This document shows, one piece after another, positions 12,627-25,865 of a stretch of DNA of 64,000 bases. Positions within the stretch are counted from its first letter, which is position 1, and each line of letters opens with the position of its first letter. Below the pieces are notes generated by a model. The model saw nothing but the letters and a program-made list of their open reading frames with translations. It did not search any database and had not been told where the DNA came from. The position numbers and the translations under genes were made by a program. Origin of the DNA: Rhizodiscina lignyota (taxonomy: Eukaryota); contig ML978126.1 of the NCBI GenBank assembly GCA_010015805.1, positions 1,550,001 through 1,614,000 on the forward strand, in the 5' to 3' direction.

Positions 12627-14972
12627 CTATTTCTCATCCACCTTCTCAGAACCCCCACCAAAAATCTGCCCAGAGGTATCCCTCACCCAGCACTCACCGA
12701 CAACATCACCCTCCTCCCTCGCCACCCTCCACCTACCCATTCCATACTCAGGCGGTGCCTTCCTCATACCGCGCCCACCACCGCCGACGATGAGATTACC
12801 CGGCCGATAAGACGCATCGGAGCGCATACGCAGGAGCACAGTGTGGTGGATGACCACATCATTCGGTATATCTATTCACATCAGCATCGTCGATAATATT
12901 CAAACCTGGCGGAAGATGAGACAAACCTCTGACTTCTCCTTTCGGCAACGGCCACACAATACTCCTCCATTGTCCATTACTCTGCAGATCCATCCGCCGA
13001 AAGGGAAGATACTCCATCACATTCCAAGCAATGACGCTCAGCGGCCCGACGCCTTTATTAAAGCTCAAGCAATCGTGTATCTTGCCCTTCGTCGCCGCCT
13101 CTTTCAGCGCCTTCTCAAACAAATTGACGCACTCACCAGGATGGGGGTCATCGCTGTCGCTTGCATTAACTGTTGCGCTCCCATTGGTGTCCGTCATTGT
13201 GGAGTCTCCTGCTGCGGACGTCATGGGATTGGAGATTGGGAGCCGAGGCGATGAGCTGCTGATTTCGATATGTGGTATAGACGCTCGTGGGAGGGACCTT
13301 CCAGTCAAAGGGCAGAGGTGGGTTGGCGCATCATCAGGGATGCAGTTTAGGGCGCGCATTTTGTTTTCATCGAAGCGCAGACCAGCACGTTGAGCTTCGC
13401 GCACCATCCAGACAAGCCTATTGAACGGTTAATGAAAGATCCCTCGATGGATATTATCCTTGGAAAGGGCTAAGGTACAAGCGAGTAAGACTTACGGTAT
13501 ATGCGACAGTGCTGGAAGTTCTTCTGCTGGGAGTTGCCATCCTCCACCCGAGTCCTACAACTTGTGAGTATGTGTACCCAGACCATGCTGTGGCATTGCT
13601 GTGGAGAGGTCTTCGACCATCGAGAGCGGAGACTTACTCCATGAGCACCAGCAAACCACACCTCCTTGATATCCTGCTCCTCTTCATCATCCGAACCGTC
13701 ATCGTGATGGTGGTGTCGATTAATCGCCCTATCCGAAGCCAGGCTACTGCGATCCACAGAGATAGTCCTCGACATCGGCATACTGGGGCTCAAACCTCGG
13801 ATTCCACTAGTCTCCGACGCGTCTCTAAATGCATCTCTCGACCTCGCAGGAACACTCAAATTCTGGTGTGGAGCATTCCAGCGCCTCGAGTCGTTGCTAG
13901 GTCGACCACGCCGGTTGTCTCTACCTTTGAGGGTATCAAGGTCCTGCTGGATCTCATCCTCTTCCTCCTTAAGACCCAGGTACTGGCGGTAGTGCGAGTG
14001 GTGGCGCTGCTCACGATAGTGCTTCACCTCTGAGATGAGGTCAGAGCGGAACTTTGCGCGGCGTTCATCGATAGCGACGGCGTGGCGGATGACTTTGGCC
14101 GTGGAGCGTGCAGTGTATGGGAATTTACTGCGTTGGAGAAAGGCAGTTTCGAATTTTGGCACACTTCGATACGTCAGCCAATATCGAACATATTTTCGTC
14201 ACCAGGTTGGGTTGATATACCTATTGACGGTATCAAACAGTCCAAGGAAACGGATCCTTCGAACTGGACGACTGAAAGTCTCGCGGAATGCACACATGAA
14301 ATCTAGCAAATATTTCTTGTCTTCGCGTTCTTTCTCAGTGCTCTCTTGACGAATTTGCCACTTCTGGAACGTCTTCCACGCAAAGCGAGCCATTTCTTCG
14401 TTGCCAGCGGAGAGCAGTCCCACGTGATCAAGCATCTCAGCTAGGAATCGAGCAGTATAAGCACCACGCGAGAAGCCGAATAGATAGATGTCGTCACCAA
14501 CATGGTAGTAACGCATTAGAAACTGGACCAGCTGAGCACTAGCTTTGTGTATAATGGAGAAATTTGTGGTTTGACATACCTTATAGCCTCCCATTACGTG
14601 CTCAGCAAAGGACGTCCCAACAGCAGAATCTTTCATCTTGGTGTACCAGCTTCTGATCCTCTGATAGGTCGAAGTGTGCGAAAGTGAGCTAGTCGACACG
14701 TATGTGCCAATGCCTGGTTGATAGTAGTGGAATTGAGATGGATCATTTCGATCAAGCATGCGATATATTTTCAGGATATTCGAATCCGCATCGGTGCCGT
14801 GGAATTTGTTACCTGTTCCATCAAAGCAGAGGATGAACTTTCTCCTCTTGCGGGAAGTCGGATTGGTTTGTCTTGACGGGATCTCTGCGGCTTCTACGGC
14901 AGGGCTCTGTTCAGTTATAGATCGAAAACTGGCCGCTCGGTCTGGTACTGGACGTTTCTTTACAGTGGCCAT
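12627..14972 (-). CDS. DUF2235 (Tle1-like alpha/beta hydrolase) protein, multi-exon
   Basis: Motifs LCFDGTGN, YYQPGIGT, LFGFSRGAYTAR, FLGLFDTV, RHAVAIDERR and EVWFAGAH; last exon YRPGNLIVGGGGRG ends at 12627. Confidence 0.9.
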
Positions 14973-16830
14973 GAAGTCAAGTGGTATACTCTTGAGAAAG
15001 ACAGAGATATGAAATCAATGAAATTCGAAACAAAGAGTAGATCCAATACAGTTTACAACTCTCCGCTTGTTGTTGAAAATCTGTTCGATATCTTTAGACG
15101 ATAGTGAACCGCCACGCTTGTCATGGTTGCCTGATTCTTCCAGACAGATCACATGGTCGGTGACTTACCCGTCATTCCGGCCTGCAGTCCAAGGCACTGT
15201 ACATCTTGACCAACAGAAGAAATTCACATGCACAGCATCATGATCAAAGGACTGAGACTGTGGGTGACTGGATAGTCCCGCCAAGTTGCCTTGACGTCAT
15301 GCTACGGATGGTTGCATAATCAAAGACAGCCGGCAGCTGTAATATTGACATCCGGTAGAGCACGCGTGCACTGCATAGCGATCGTGTAATCCAAGAGCAA
15401 ATCCTCGGCTATCGACAGAAAGAATGCCTAGTTACACTGGAATCGCGACGGCGAATCGTCTTGAGGTGGAGTCCACATCGAACTGGTGATTTTGGCAACT
15501 GCATCGCATATGCAGACCGAACATCTCAAAGAAGATATAAAAAAATCGATTACCTAAACGAGAAGATGGAGGGGTGGAAGAGGCCTCAAGAGGATGGGTA
15601 ACGCAAAGAGTGGAGGTTGGAATTAGCTCTAGGCCAAAGGATTTGCGGTTCGGCACGCTGCAATCTGCACGGGGAAGTGACGGACTCGTCGAATGACATG
15701 TGAACGATCCCCACGACATGCAGAGGAAAATGGCGCTCGCTCTTGTGCAAGTGCCGTGCTAGCTGCAGGATGCATTCGGTGAGGAGAAGCATGAGATGGC
15801 GTCCGTCCTGGGGCCTCCACTTTATCGTAACCCTAACCCTACCCACAACGCTTCGACCGCTTCCGAAGCTTCGTCTCGTCTCGGAATTGCCGGTTGGAAT
15901 TCCTCGCACTCCTCCATATGTGCACCTCTACAGCCTGCCCTGCCCCATCATCGCTCTCCTTCATCTCCCTTGTCTCGCATGGTAGTGCTTGCGTGGAGCG
16001 TCTCGTCTGCTCCAGAAGATACCTTCCAACTCCGAACGAGCTTCCGTGACCGCTCCGCAAGATGATACGGAGTGATTTCCGGGTTGCAGCACCGTTGGAT
16101 GTCCCACAGCATCGATAGACAGAGCATACATCTGTGGCATGGCGTCCCTTTCAGCTCGAGCAAGGTGTTGGCTTGCATGGCTTTTCGTCTCGTGCATCAT
16201 TAGCTCTCTTGGCCTGCTCTGAAGTCGCCATTGCTTTAACCAGAACAGACGATTGGCTATTTTGAACTTCCTGATGGTACAACGTAGTCGCCCGACAATG
16301 GTCCAACACCGATCATATGGAATAATGCGTCACAAGAGCGGGGTATTTGTTCCTTCATGCAGTCCTTGAAGAGATGGGAAGAACGAGACATGAGTGACCA
16401 ACGAAGACAACACGTCACTTCCAAATGTCTCTGGTCATTATCAATGATGATTCGCAACTGTTTCGTCATTGATCTCGATTTTCTTGACGAGTTCTCTAGC
16501 TGCATTACAGCAGGTCTCGGTCAAACAACCTGGATCGACGGTCACTTTACTTCAATTGATCTGTGAGACCTTCCACGGTGGGTTACTCGCAAGCCACGAT
16601 AGATGTCTCTGACCTAAAGCAAGCCCATTATGATTTAATTGTGCATCCACAAGTCCGACATAACGCACGAGGCTCAAGAACTTAGTCGGGACGGTCTCCG
16701 CGGACAGGTGACAGACGGCTCCAAGATTTTCTCAAACCTTTCGATCCTGATGGCTGCTTTGCCTAGGGCCTTGCTCCACTGAGCTGCAGTCGATCTTTCA
16801 TCAGGCAAGCTTTGACTTTATGCCAGAACC

Positions 16831-19800
16831 ATGGCCGAGCCAACGCAGAAGCTGAGCTTCTTGAAGAGTCTTCCCCCCTCCGCTGTCATTCTCTTGACTG
16901 CTCTTACCGTATCTACTGTTGTTTCATCTGCTGCATTCTACAAGATGTTCAAGAGACTTTCGAGGAGATTCTCTAATGCTAAAGATTTGAATGGCGACAG
17001 TAATGGCGAAGCGGTCTATGAAAAAGAAAAAACCAAGGCGAGGAAGGACTCTATGGGGCCGATAAATGGCATGACGAATGGCGTTACTGAGACGAACGAC
17101 AGCGGTTCTGACAGAAAGGGAATCGCGGAGACGTTCGGTGCTTTTGCACAACTCATCCATGCCGCGCAGCGTCCGCTGCCGATGCAGACCGGCGATGGCT
17201 CGTACGTTGAGCACGAGGAACATTCCGGAATGTTGGCAGACTTAAAAGCTTTAGGGTTCAAGGATGCGAAAACTCTTGCCGATGTGATGAGGAACAAGAC
17301 GAAGGGCGAGTACGTCGATGATAAGACTTATCTCATGGAACGAGTGATTCAAGTGTGTGTCCGTTACTTCAATCAATCTTTGGCTAACTCCGAAAGCTTG
17401 TGGCCGGTCTACCCTCTCTTTCGAAGACTCGTGTGGATCTGACAAATGCATTCGTCGACGAACTTTGGAGCTCGCTGCAGCATCCACCGCTGTCATACAT
17501 GGGTGACCAATTCACCTACAGACAAGCAGATGGGTCATACAATGTAGGCACGCATTCCAGCAGCTGCTGATTGGCTATTTACATGAACCAGAACATAATG
17601 TATCCACATCTTGGAGCAGGTAAATCATTTGTTGATGCATCACAGTGTCACAGAGTTTAGATAGCTAACGTTGACAAGCGAACACGCCGTATGCAAGAAG
17701 CGTGATCCCGAAGACGATACAACCTGGTGCTCTTCCAGATCCTGGCCTCATCTTCGATTGCCTGTTCGCCCGCAACGAGTTCACGAAGCACCCGAACAAT
17801 GTCAGCTCGATTCTGTTCTACTGGGCCTCTCTGATTATCCATGATCTGTTCCAGGTAAAAATCTCCTCTTACTTATATCACAAGCCCTCATTGAGAGCTA
17901 ATTTATGGGGTGCCTACAGACTGACCACCACGACTTCAGCATCTCCAAAACATCATCGTACCTCGACCTGAGCCCTTTGTACGGCGACAATCAAGACGAT
18001 CAGGACCAAATCCGAACATTCAAAGATGGCAAGCTCAAGCCTGACTGCTTCTCGGAGCAGCGTATGCTCGGCTTTCCGCCTGGCTGTGGTGTCATCCTTG
18101 TCATGTTCAATCGCTTCCATAACTATGTGGTCGAGCAGTTGGCTGTCATCAATGAGAACGGAAAGTTCACAAAGCCGAGGGAGGGATTGGAAGGAGAGGT
18201 GGCAGAGTTGGCATGGAGGAAATATGATAATGACCTGTTTCAAGTAAGTCATTTCTCTTTTTGGTGATTTCGAGACATGCCTGCTTACGACTTCCAGACC
18301 GGCAGACTTATCACCTGCGGCCTCTATATGAACATCACCCTCAATGATTATCTCCGTACAATCGTCAATCTGAACCGCTCCAACACAACGTGGACACTCG
18401 ATCCGCGCGTCGATATGGATGGCCCCCGTTCCGTCTTGGCAGAGGATGGAACTCCACGTGGCGTTGGCAATCAGGTCTCCGCTGAGTTCAATCTGGTGTA
18501 TCGCTGGCACAGTGCGACGAGCCTTAGAGACGAGGAATGGACTGAAAGAATGTACAATCAGATGTTTGGGAAAGGAGCCGGTGAGGTGAATATGCAAGAG
18601 CTCTTGACGGGACTGGGCAAGTGGGAATATGACTTGGACAAAGATCCTACGAAGAGGCCCTTTGGAGGAATGCAGAGAGGTGCGGATGGAAAATATAGCG
18701 ACGATGACCTGGTCAAGATCATTGCAGACAGCATCGAGGATTGTGCTGGTAAGATTGCTACCGCCTTTTTCGTGGACAATATTCGTTGATTAATGTTTCA
18801 AAGGATCCTTCGGCGCAAACAATGTTCCCAAAGCGCTCCGCTCCGTCGAGATTCTCGGAATCATTCAAGCTCGCAAGTGGGGTCTCGCGACGCTCAACGA
18901 ATTCCGCAAGTTCTTCGGACTGAAGCCGCATGAGACCTTCGAGAGCATCAACTCAGATCCACAAGTCGCCAACCACTTGCGGCATCTATACGAGCATCCA
19001 GACTGGGTGGAGATGTACCCTGGCCTTGTGGCGGAAGAGGCTAAAGTGCCAATGGTACCAGGTGTGGGAATTGCGCCAACGTTCACAGTCTCAAGGGCCA
19101 TCTTGTCCGACGCTGTATGTCTTGTAAGAGGGGATAGATTCTATACGACAGACTATCATCCTAAGAACCTAACCAAGTATGGCCCCTTTACCCTTGCACT
19201 TATGCAATCCTTCTGACAACAGCATTAGTTGGGGTTATACCGAAGCACAATACGACCTGAATGTTGAACAGGGCTGCGTTTTCTACAAGCTGTTCCTGCG
19301 CGCTTTCCCGAGTCACTTCAAGCCCAACTCGGTGTATGCGCACTATCCTATGACCATTCCAAGCGAGAATAGGAAGATATTGAAGACCCTCGGCCGCGAA
19401 AGTCACTACTCCTACGATCGACCGACCTTCATCCCACCGCGAGTCAACATCGTCACATATCTTGGTGCGAAGGACGTACTCGAGCGACAGGATATCTTCA
19501 AGGTGACTTGGGGCCTGACTACAGCTGAATTGATGCGCGGCGCTGATGGTGGTGGAAGGTTCATGCTGTAAGTCTACTTCGTGAGCTGCACTGGTCGGCG
19601 TGGATATTGACGAGTCTAGTTCCGGCGATGGACCTATCTTCTCGAAACAAAGGGAGACCATGAGTAAGTCGCTCTATCGCGAGCAATGGCATCAACACAT
19701 CAAGGAATTCTATGAGCATATCACGTTGAAATTGCTCCACGAGAAGAGTTTCAAGCTCGCAGGTGTTAATCACGTCGATTTCACCAGAGAGTAAGTCTTC

Positions 19801-21006
19801 TCGGACATATGCCGAAGACTTTTTCGAATTAGTGACGACGAATCTAACGTCCAATTCTATCACCAGTGTTGGCAACCTTGCCCATGTTCACTTCGCATCT
19901 CAGATGTTCTCCCTACCTCTCAAGACTGTCGACCACCCGTACGGTATCCTCACCGAACACGAGATGTACATGGCCCTTGCAGTCATCTTTGTCTGCATCT
20001 TCTTCGACCTCGACCCAGCAAAATCCTTCCCGCTACACCTTGCTGCGAAAGCAGTCGCCGAGAAGCTTGGGAAGCTGATCGAAACAAATGTCCGGACTGT
20101 GTCGATGACAAGCTGGGTTCAGGGTGTTACAGACAAGGCGCAGGAGAATGCAGGCCCGCTCAAACAATGGGGAGTCCATATGATCAGGAGGTTATTGGAC
20201 AGCGGATTGAGCGTCGAGGAAGTGGCATGGAGCCAAGCTCTGCCGACTGCTGCGGCGATGGTACCAAACCAGGCGCAGGTGGTACGTAGTCTTCACTTGC
20301 TCCTTTCCTATGGTTACTGGTGTTGTTCGAGGTTGTCCAAGCTAATAAAATGACAAACAGTTCACCCAAGCCCTCGACTTCTACCTCTCCACTCGCGGCC
20401 AAAAGCACCTCCCAGCCATACAAAAGCTGGCTAAATCCTCCTCACTAGATTCCGACCGCGCTCTTCTCGGATACGTAATGGAAGGCATCCGCCTCAACGG
20501 CACCTTCGGCTCCTATCGCGAAGCCACCGCCTCGACCTCTATCCCCGACTTCTCGCCCGGTCTCGACCCAGCCGCCGCCTCGGCGGGTAAGAACGTCGAA
20601 GTCCACCCCGGCGACAAAGTTTTCGTCAGCTTTGTCGGCGCGGCGAAGGATCCTGTGATGTTTCCCGATCCGGAGGAGGTTAAACCTGACAGGCCGTTGG
20701 AGAATTACATTCATTACGGGATTGGGCCGCATGCCTGTCTAGGAGGACAGGCAAGTCGGGTTGCGCTGACGGCGATGATGAGGGTAGTAGGTGGGCTGAA
20801 TAATCTGAGGAGGGCGGAGGGGCCGAAGGGCGAGTTGAAGAAGATTCCGAGGCCGGGTGGGTTTTATGTGTATATGAGGGAGGATCATGGGAGCTATTTC
20901 CCGTTTCCGACAAGTAAGTTATCGAGAGCACTTTGTGAGAGAGTGTGCTGACTTGATTATAGCAATGCAGATTTGCTGGGATGGTGAGCTGCCTCCTCTG
21001 AAGTGA
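16831..21006 (+). CDS. Fatty-acid dioxygenase-cytochrome P450 fusion (Ppo family, PpoC/10R-DOX-like), many introns; alternative start at 16945
   Basis: Heme-peroxidase motifs WASLIIHD, SSYLDLSPLYG, YLRTIVNL and SAEFNLVYRWH; P450 domain with NQAQ, EGIR and HYGIGPHACLG; last exon ends ...CWDGELPPLK-TGA at 21006. Confidence 0.93.
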
Positions 21007-21281
21007 TGTGTCTGTTGTTGTTATAGACAATTCTTAAGTGAAGGCTGATGAGCCTTTAAACTTAGCAATGATGACTACGTTCGTGCCTAATCTATTGATA
21101 CACATGCATAATGAGCCTGGCATTTTTGGCCTTAAAAACATCGACGAAGACGTCAGAATCATATATCACTTTCAGGCATGCTCCAAAGCCACGTGGTATC
21201 TCAATCTTTGACCATGGCCGAGTAAATGCTTTTTGATTCTTGTTATTTGCATTTTCAATATACATTGCCCACCGCTCCATT

Positions 21282-22571
21282 TCATAAGCGCTCCAACAAG
21301 GTACTCAGGATGCGCTTGTAATCGCCCACAGCCGTCTCCAAATCGCCAACCGTAAGATGCTCATGATCTGAGTGTGCGACAAATATATTGCCTGGGCCAT
21401 ACAAATAGCTCTTGTAATCGCCCTCCAAATTTGGAATATCAGTCCCATAGTTGACTGTCAATGTGTCGAAGCCCGGAATGTCCGTCTCAATATCGATTGG
21501 GCCATATCCAGTGTTGAAGTATTCGACCTCCAAACTGCCGCCCTTCTCTTCAGCCCTCTTCTTTACAGGTTCCAGTGCCGCGGAGACCATGGCTTTGACT
21601 GTGGCCGGCACGCTCGCTGCGATTCTTGTCATGATCTCTGCCTCGGCAGTTTCAGCTACTACATTAGCCGCTACTCCTCCGTAGACCTTTCCAATGTTCA
21701 GCGTGGTCATCCCGTACTTATCGCTCTTTGGCAGATGCTCCTCTAGGGCCCTCAATCTGGCCAGCGCCTCGACCATGACATCGTTCGCACTTATGCCCAA
21801 CCAAGGATATCCTGAATGCGCCGCCTTGCCCTTGACATGTAACTTGAAGCCCAAGTTCCCCTTGTGTCCTGCCGCAAGCTTCCCTTCTGTTGGCTCGCCG
21901 AAGACCACAGCGGAGTAGTTTGTCGGGGCGTGATCGGAGAAGTAGCGCATGCCATCACCGCCCTTTTCTTCGCCAACAACAAATAGTAGGGAGATAGAGG
22001 GCGGGGAGAGGTTGGAAGCGCGAGCTTGGGAGAAGAGGTCGAGGACAGCGATGATTTGCGAGGCGACGCTGCCTTTATCGTCGACGGAGCCGCGGCCCCA
22101 GATTGTGTCTTCGGCGTTCGAGGCCGTCGATCGTCTCTTCAGCTCGGTTCTTGGAGATTCGTCTGAAGAGTCTCCCGAGTCGTCGTCCGCATCATCATGC
22201 TTCTTGTACTCATATTTCCAGAAGGGTGGGACGGTATCGATGTGGCTCGTGACTAGGATATCCGTCTTTGCGCTATCGCCAGGATATGCGATGAGATTGT
22301 ATCGCGTGGACGAGACTTCCTGCGTCTCCACAGTGAGATTGTGCGATCTGAGGTACGAGGCAAGCCATTTTCCAACGTCTAGCTCATTGCCTGTTATTGA
22401 TTCGTGCGAGATCAGTTTGCGGTGGAGATAGACGAGCTCGGACTCGGACTCGGTCGATGGCGGGGCTGGGGTGGATTCGAGAGGTCTTTGCTGGGGTTTG
22501 CCATTGAGGGCGCAGCTGAGGGTAGCGAAGGACGAGAGGAGACTGAGAAGCTGTAGCGAAGGCACCTTCAT
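21282..22571 (-). CDS. Secreted M20-family metallopeptidase (ArgE/DapE-like)
   Basis: Signal peptide; metal-site motifs SHIDTV, GRGSVDDKG, GEE, GEPT and AH; dimerisation segment GKAAHSGYPWLG. Confidence 0.9.
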   Translation of the reverse strand: MKVPSLQLLSLLSSFATLSCALNGKPQQRPLESTPAPPSTESESELVYLHRKLISHESITGNELDVGKWLASYLRSHNLTVETQEVSSTRYNLIAYPGDSAKTDILVTSHIDTVPPFWKYEYKKHDDADDDSGDSSDESPRTELKRRSTASNAEDTIWGRGSVDDKGSVASQIIAVLDLFSQARASNLSPPSISLLFVVGEEKGGDGMRYFSDHAPTNYSAVVFGEPTEGKLAAGHKGNLGFKLHVKGKAAHSGYPWLGISANDVMVEALARLRALEEHLPKSDKYGMTTLNIGKVYGGVAANVVAETAEAEIMTRIAASVPATVKAMVSAALEPVKKRAEEKGGSLEVEYFNTGYGPIDIETDIPGFDTLTVNYGTDIPNLEGDYKSYLYGPGNIFVAHSDHEHLTVGDLETAVGDYKRILSTLLERL

Positions 22572-23054
22572 CTTGTCTGAGCTTTGGAGGTCTCAATTGA
22601 TTGCGAAGGTGATAAAGATTGATAAAATCAGCGTCGCGGGGAGAAGTGATAGCTCCTCCTGCTCTGTTCCTGTCAGGGCGCATCCATCCGGCCCGCTTTG
22701 CCGACTCATCCATCCTGTCGAGTCTACTCTATGGCGCAACCATAGTAGTCGTTGTCTTTACGAATCCATTGATAAATAGTAGTTGATTATAGGCCAAAAC
22801 GTGCTCCTCTGTCGATTGCAGGGCCACTAGAGCGCGTCAGTGCTGATGCTCGCTGGAGTAAGCCACATCCAAGCCAATCGATAATACGAACCTTAATTAA
22901 GATCATCCAACCATCCATGACGGGTTCGAAATCTCTGAGGGGCTTATTCACCTCCTGTCCTCATCATTTTGCTCTATCTGTCCTTTCTCCCCTGTCTGCA
23001 TGCCTTGTGTCCCGTAAATGCTCTTATTTTCATTGTTACAAACAGTACGAAGTA

Positions 23055-24200
23055 TGGCTTCCACGAGAAGACAGCCCAAGGAGGCTCCAGTCAAAAAGCT
23101 CCGGCACTGGACGGCAGAGTGAAGAAAAGAGCCTTGTAGTCTCAGTAGATAAATCGATCCATCGATTTCATGGGGATAAGAGCACTGATCGAGGATGAAG
23201 ATGTTTCAGAGCAGCAGGTCCAACAGGCCGTCTCTCAGGAGCCAGCACGTGTAGACTCCTCAGACGATGGAAAGCGTAACGAGTGATGGCACGAAGATGA
23301 GAAACTATATTGATTGCGTGGTGGATTTAATTGATTACGATGAAATGTCTGAGAGGCGTGGAGCCAGCAGTAAGTCTCAATTTTGATCTTGAAGGTTGGA
23401 CACACTGACATGCTTGCTAATAGATAGGCACTGGCGAGCTCCAGAGCCCTTTGTCGGAGTGCAAACAAACGCACATACGCTCGCAGAGTCAATCAATTTT
23501 GACACTGATGCTGCTTTATTGGACTTGGTGCTCAACTAGGGCAAGAGTGGAATTGCTTTCCGGCGTAGCAAAGCAACGGTGCGCCAATCGCACCGAGTCA
23601 ACCACTGTCGTAAACATCCACATCCCGAAGCGCTCGAGCTCGCCTACGATAGTGTTATACATGTTGCCACGTCCGTTGCGGAGGAATATCGCGGCACTGA
23701 CAGGCCTTAGGAGGACGTAGCGGACAATTTGTTAGATAAGATCTCGAGGGCGAACGGAAAGCGGGTCATCTAGAGAAAGGTTGGGATGCCAGTTCGAGTA
23801 TCGATCGGTTGGATAGTGATGCTTTCGAGCTCAAAGCATATAACATCGAATTCCTTCCAGCAAGCTCGGAGTATTTGGAAAGTTGAGTCCCAGGCAGTGA
23901 GAGTGAAGAGGATAGCGAGGACGACAACGCGTATGGCAGCGAGGATGACAATGAAAAACACCACCAAGACCACAGCGAATAAGCCGCGGGCTGCGACGAT
24001 GATCTGGCAACTGAGTATCCGACACCGAAGGGTCTTGTGACCTGTAATAATATCCTCATTATTCCGTGAGTTGTTTACTAACGCATCTAGTGTTTTCCAC
24101 TATGAACACCAAATCTGAGCGTGCGCAGTCAAATTTACGAGCCTTCATGGGCGTTCAATAAGGGACAGAAGCGCAAGCACCGGCGACACGCAGCGTAAGA
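23055..24200 (+). pseudogene. Decayed gene with acidic low-complexity region, family unknown
   Basis: Coding-like acidic frame (...ESEEDSEDDNAYGSEDDNEK...) interrupted by TGA and TAA, with intron-like signals near 24032-24090. Confidence 0.3.
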
Positions 24201-24905
24201 GCATATTTAAATAAGCATTGTTTAAATTCTTCTATTTATCTAATGTTTGAAGAGGTTGTCCGCTTGTTCTGAACAACCTCCAGCCAATGGGGTAGTGGCT
24301 GGATGTGTGTAGTAAAGCGTTTCGATATTAGCATCAACTGGAGTTGCCTCATCCATAGGGAAGTAGAATGAGGAGGCCAGCAAGCGGCAAAGGTGTAGAT
24401 TGCTCTTCCATCGGATTTCCCCTGCGCGGCCAGAAAGGAAAGAGAACTGGAGAAAAAGGAAGAGAATTGGGCTCACATCTGGAAGAATTTATAGGCAGCA
24501 TGAAGGGGCTACCCGGAGTTCTCCGCACCGACATCGGGCGGTTCTGGTGTCTTCACAGAATGGACATGGTGGCAGTGCTTGTATGTGTACGTGTGTATGT
24601 ATATAGGCTTGTAGGCTCGGGAGGTGCTACTTTGGGAGACAAAATAGAACGCTTCAACGTCTCCGAGAACGGAAGATATTTCGAGATATTACATAGGCGT
24701 AACGAAGCAAGAAGCATTTAGATATAGCTATGTAGAAAACAAACGATCATTTACTTCTTCGATAGCTTGCTTAATGCCCTTTGTCCCATTGAGTAGCGTT
24801 CGATATTGAGCTCGCGTTCGGACTCGGTCCTTTCTCGGCAACTTCCTGGCCTCGACTCCTATTTCGCCTATTTCCAGGGGGCTTGATAGCTTTCAATTAG
24901 CTACA

Positions 24906-25665
24906 ATGTCCCATAAACGCATCATCTCCGTCAATTCGAGCGATATCTCTGATCCAGCAAGGCACAAAGCAGCTCGACAGATGCCTCCAGCTGCCGAGGA
25001 GCCCACGGCTGACCAATTGAAGGTAGAGGTAGCGCAGCTCAACGAGTATATCGATGAAGTCCATAACTTCATTGACAGTCTCCATGTCGCTTCAAGTATG
25101 GTACCACTCCATGGCCGCACGAGTAAATGAATTCTCACTGATTGGCGTGGCAGAGGCGCCTCCAGCAATTCAAGAACGTTTGAACAAGCGTGCGGGAGCG
25201 GCCTCTAAACTTGAGAAATCTATCCGCGCCAACATCGACCTCGTTTCCAGCAAGTTTGACGACCTTGTTCTAGATGCTAAACATACCGGCGTCACTTGCG
25301 ATGATATTAGCGAGGCGATGCTGCCATACGTTGATCAGATATCCCAACTATCCCGACTACAAGATCCGGAAGCGCTCCGGCTGGCACAGGAGCTACTCTT
25401 GGACCTCGCCGATAATACAACCTCAGGCATAGGAGATGGCATGGCAGCTTGTGGATATGGAGATAGGCCATCTGATCCAAAATGCGACGAATTACTGTAT
25501 AACATTCTGGAGAAGAGAGCGGACGTCTTCGACATGGAGAACGAGGCGGTACAACAGGCGAAGAAGAGGATAGAGGACCAAAAGCGAAAACTCGAAAACT
25601 ACGGAATTGAACCGTGGTTTCCGCGAAGCCTTGACTTGCTTCGAGAGTTTGAGTACTCGTACTAG
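24906..25665 (+). CDS. Hypothetical protein (two exons)
   Basis: Intron ~25096-25153 (gtatgg...ctgattggcgtggcag) joins two ORFs in frame; helical protein with a CGYGDRPSD segment. Confidence 0.7.
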
Positions 25666-25865
25666 TATGGATCTCATCCAATTCCTATAGTTTGTCTTTT
25701 GCGCTAACAATAAGCATCGTACAGAACCAGCTTCCTTGGAAAATTCTCGCAAATGTTCAGGCTCTTGATGGAGCTTTGTACCATAGCATAAAAGCAGAAT
25801 GAAGCGGTTCGGCTCGTTTCAGGCGAGCCCACTGGCACATGGCGTAATTTGCGAGATGGCTCGCC

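Noticed and set aside
15828..15844. Telomere-like TAACCCTAACCCTACCC
   Set aside because: Only about two units; expected by chance.
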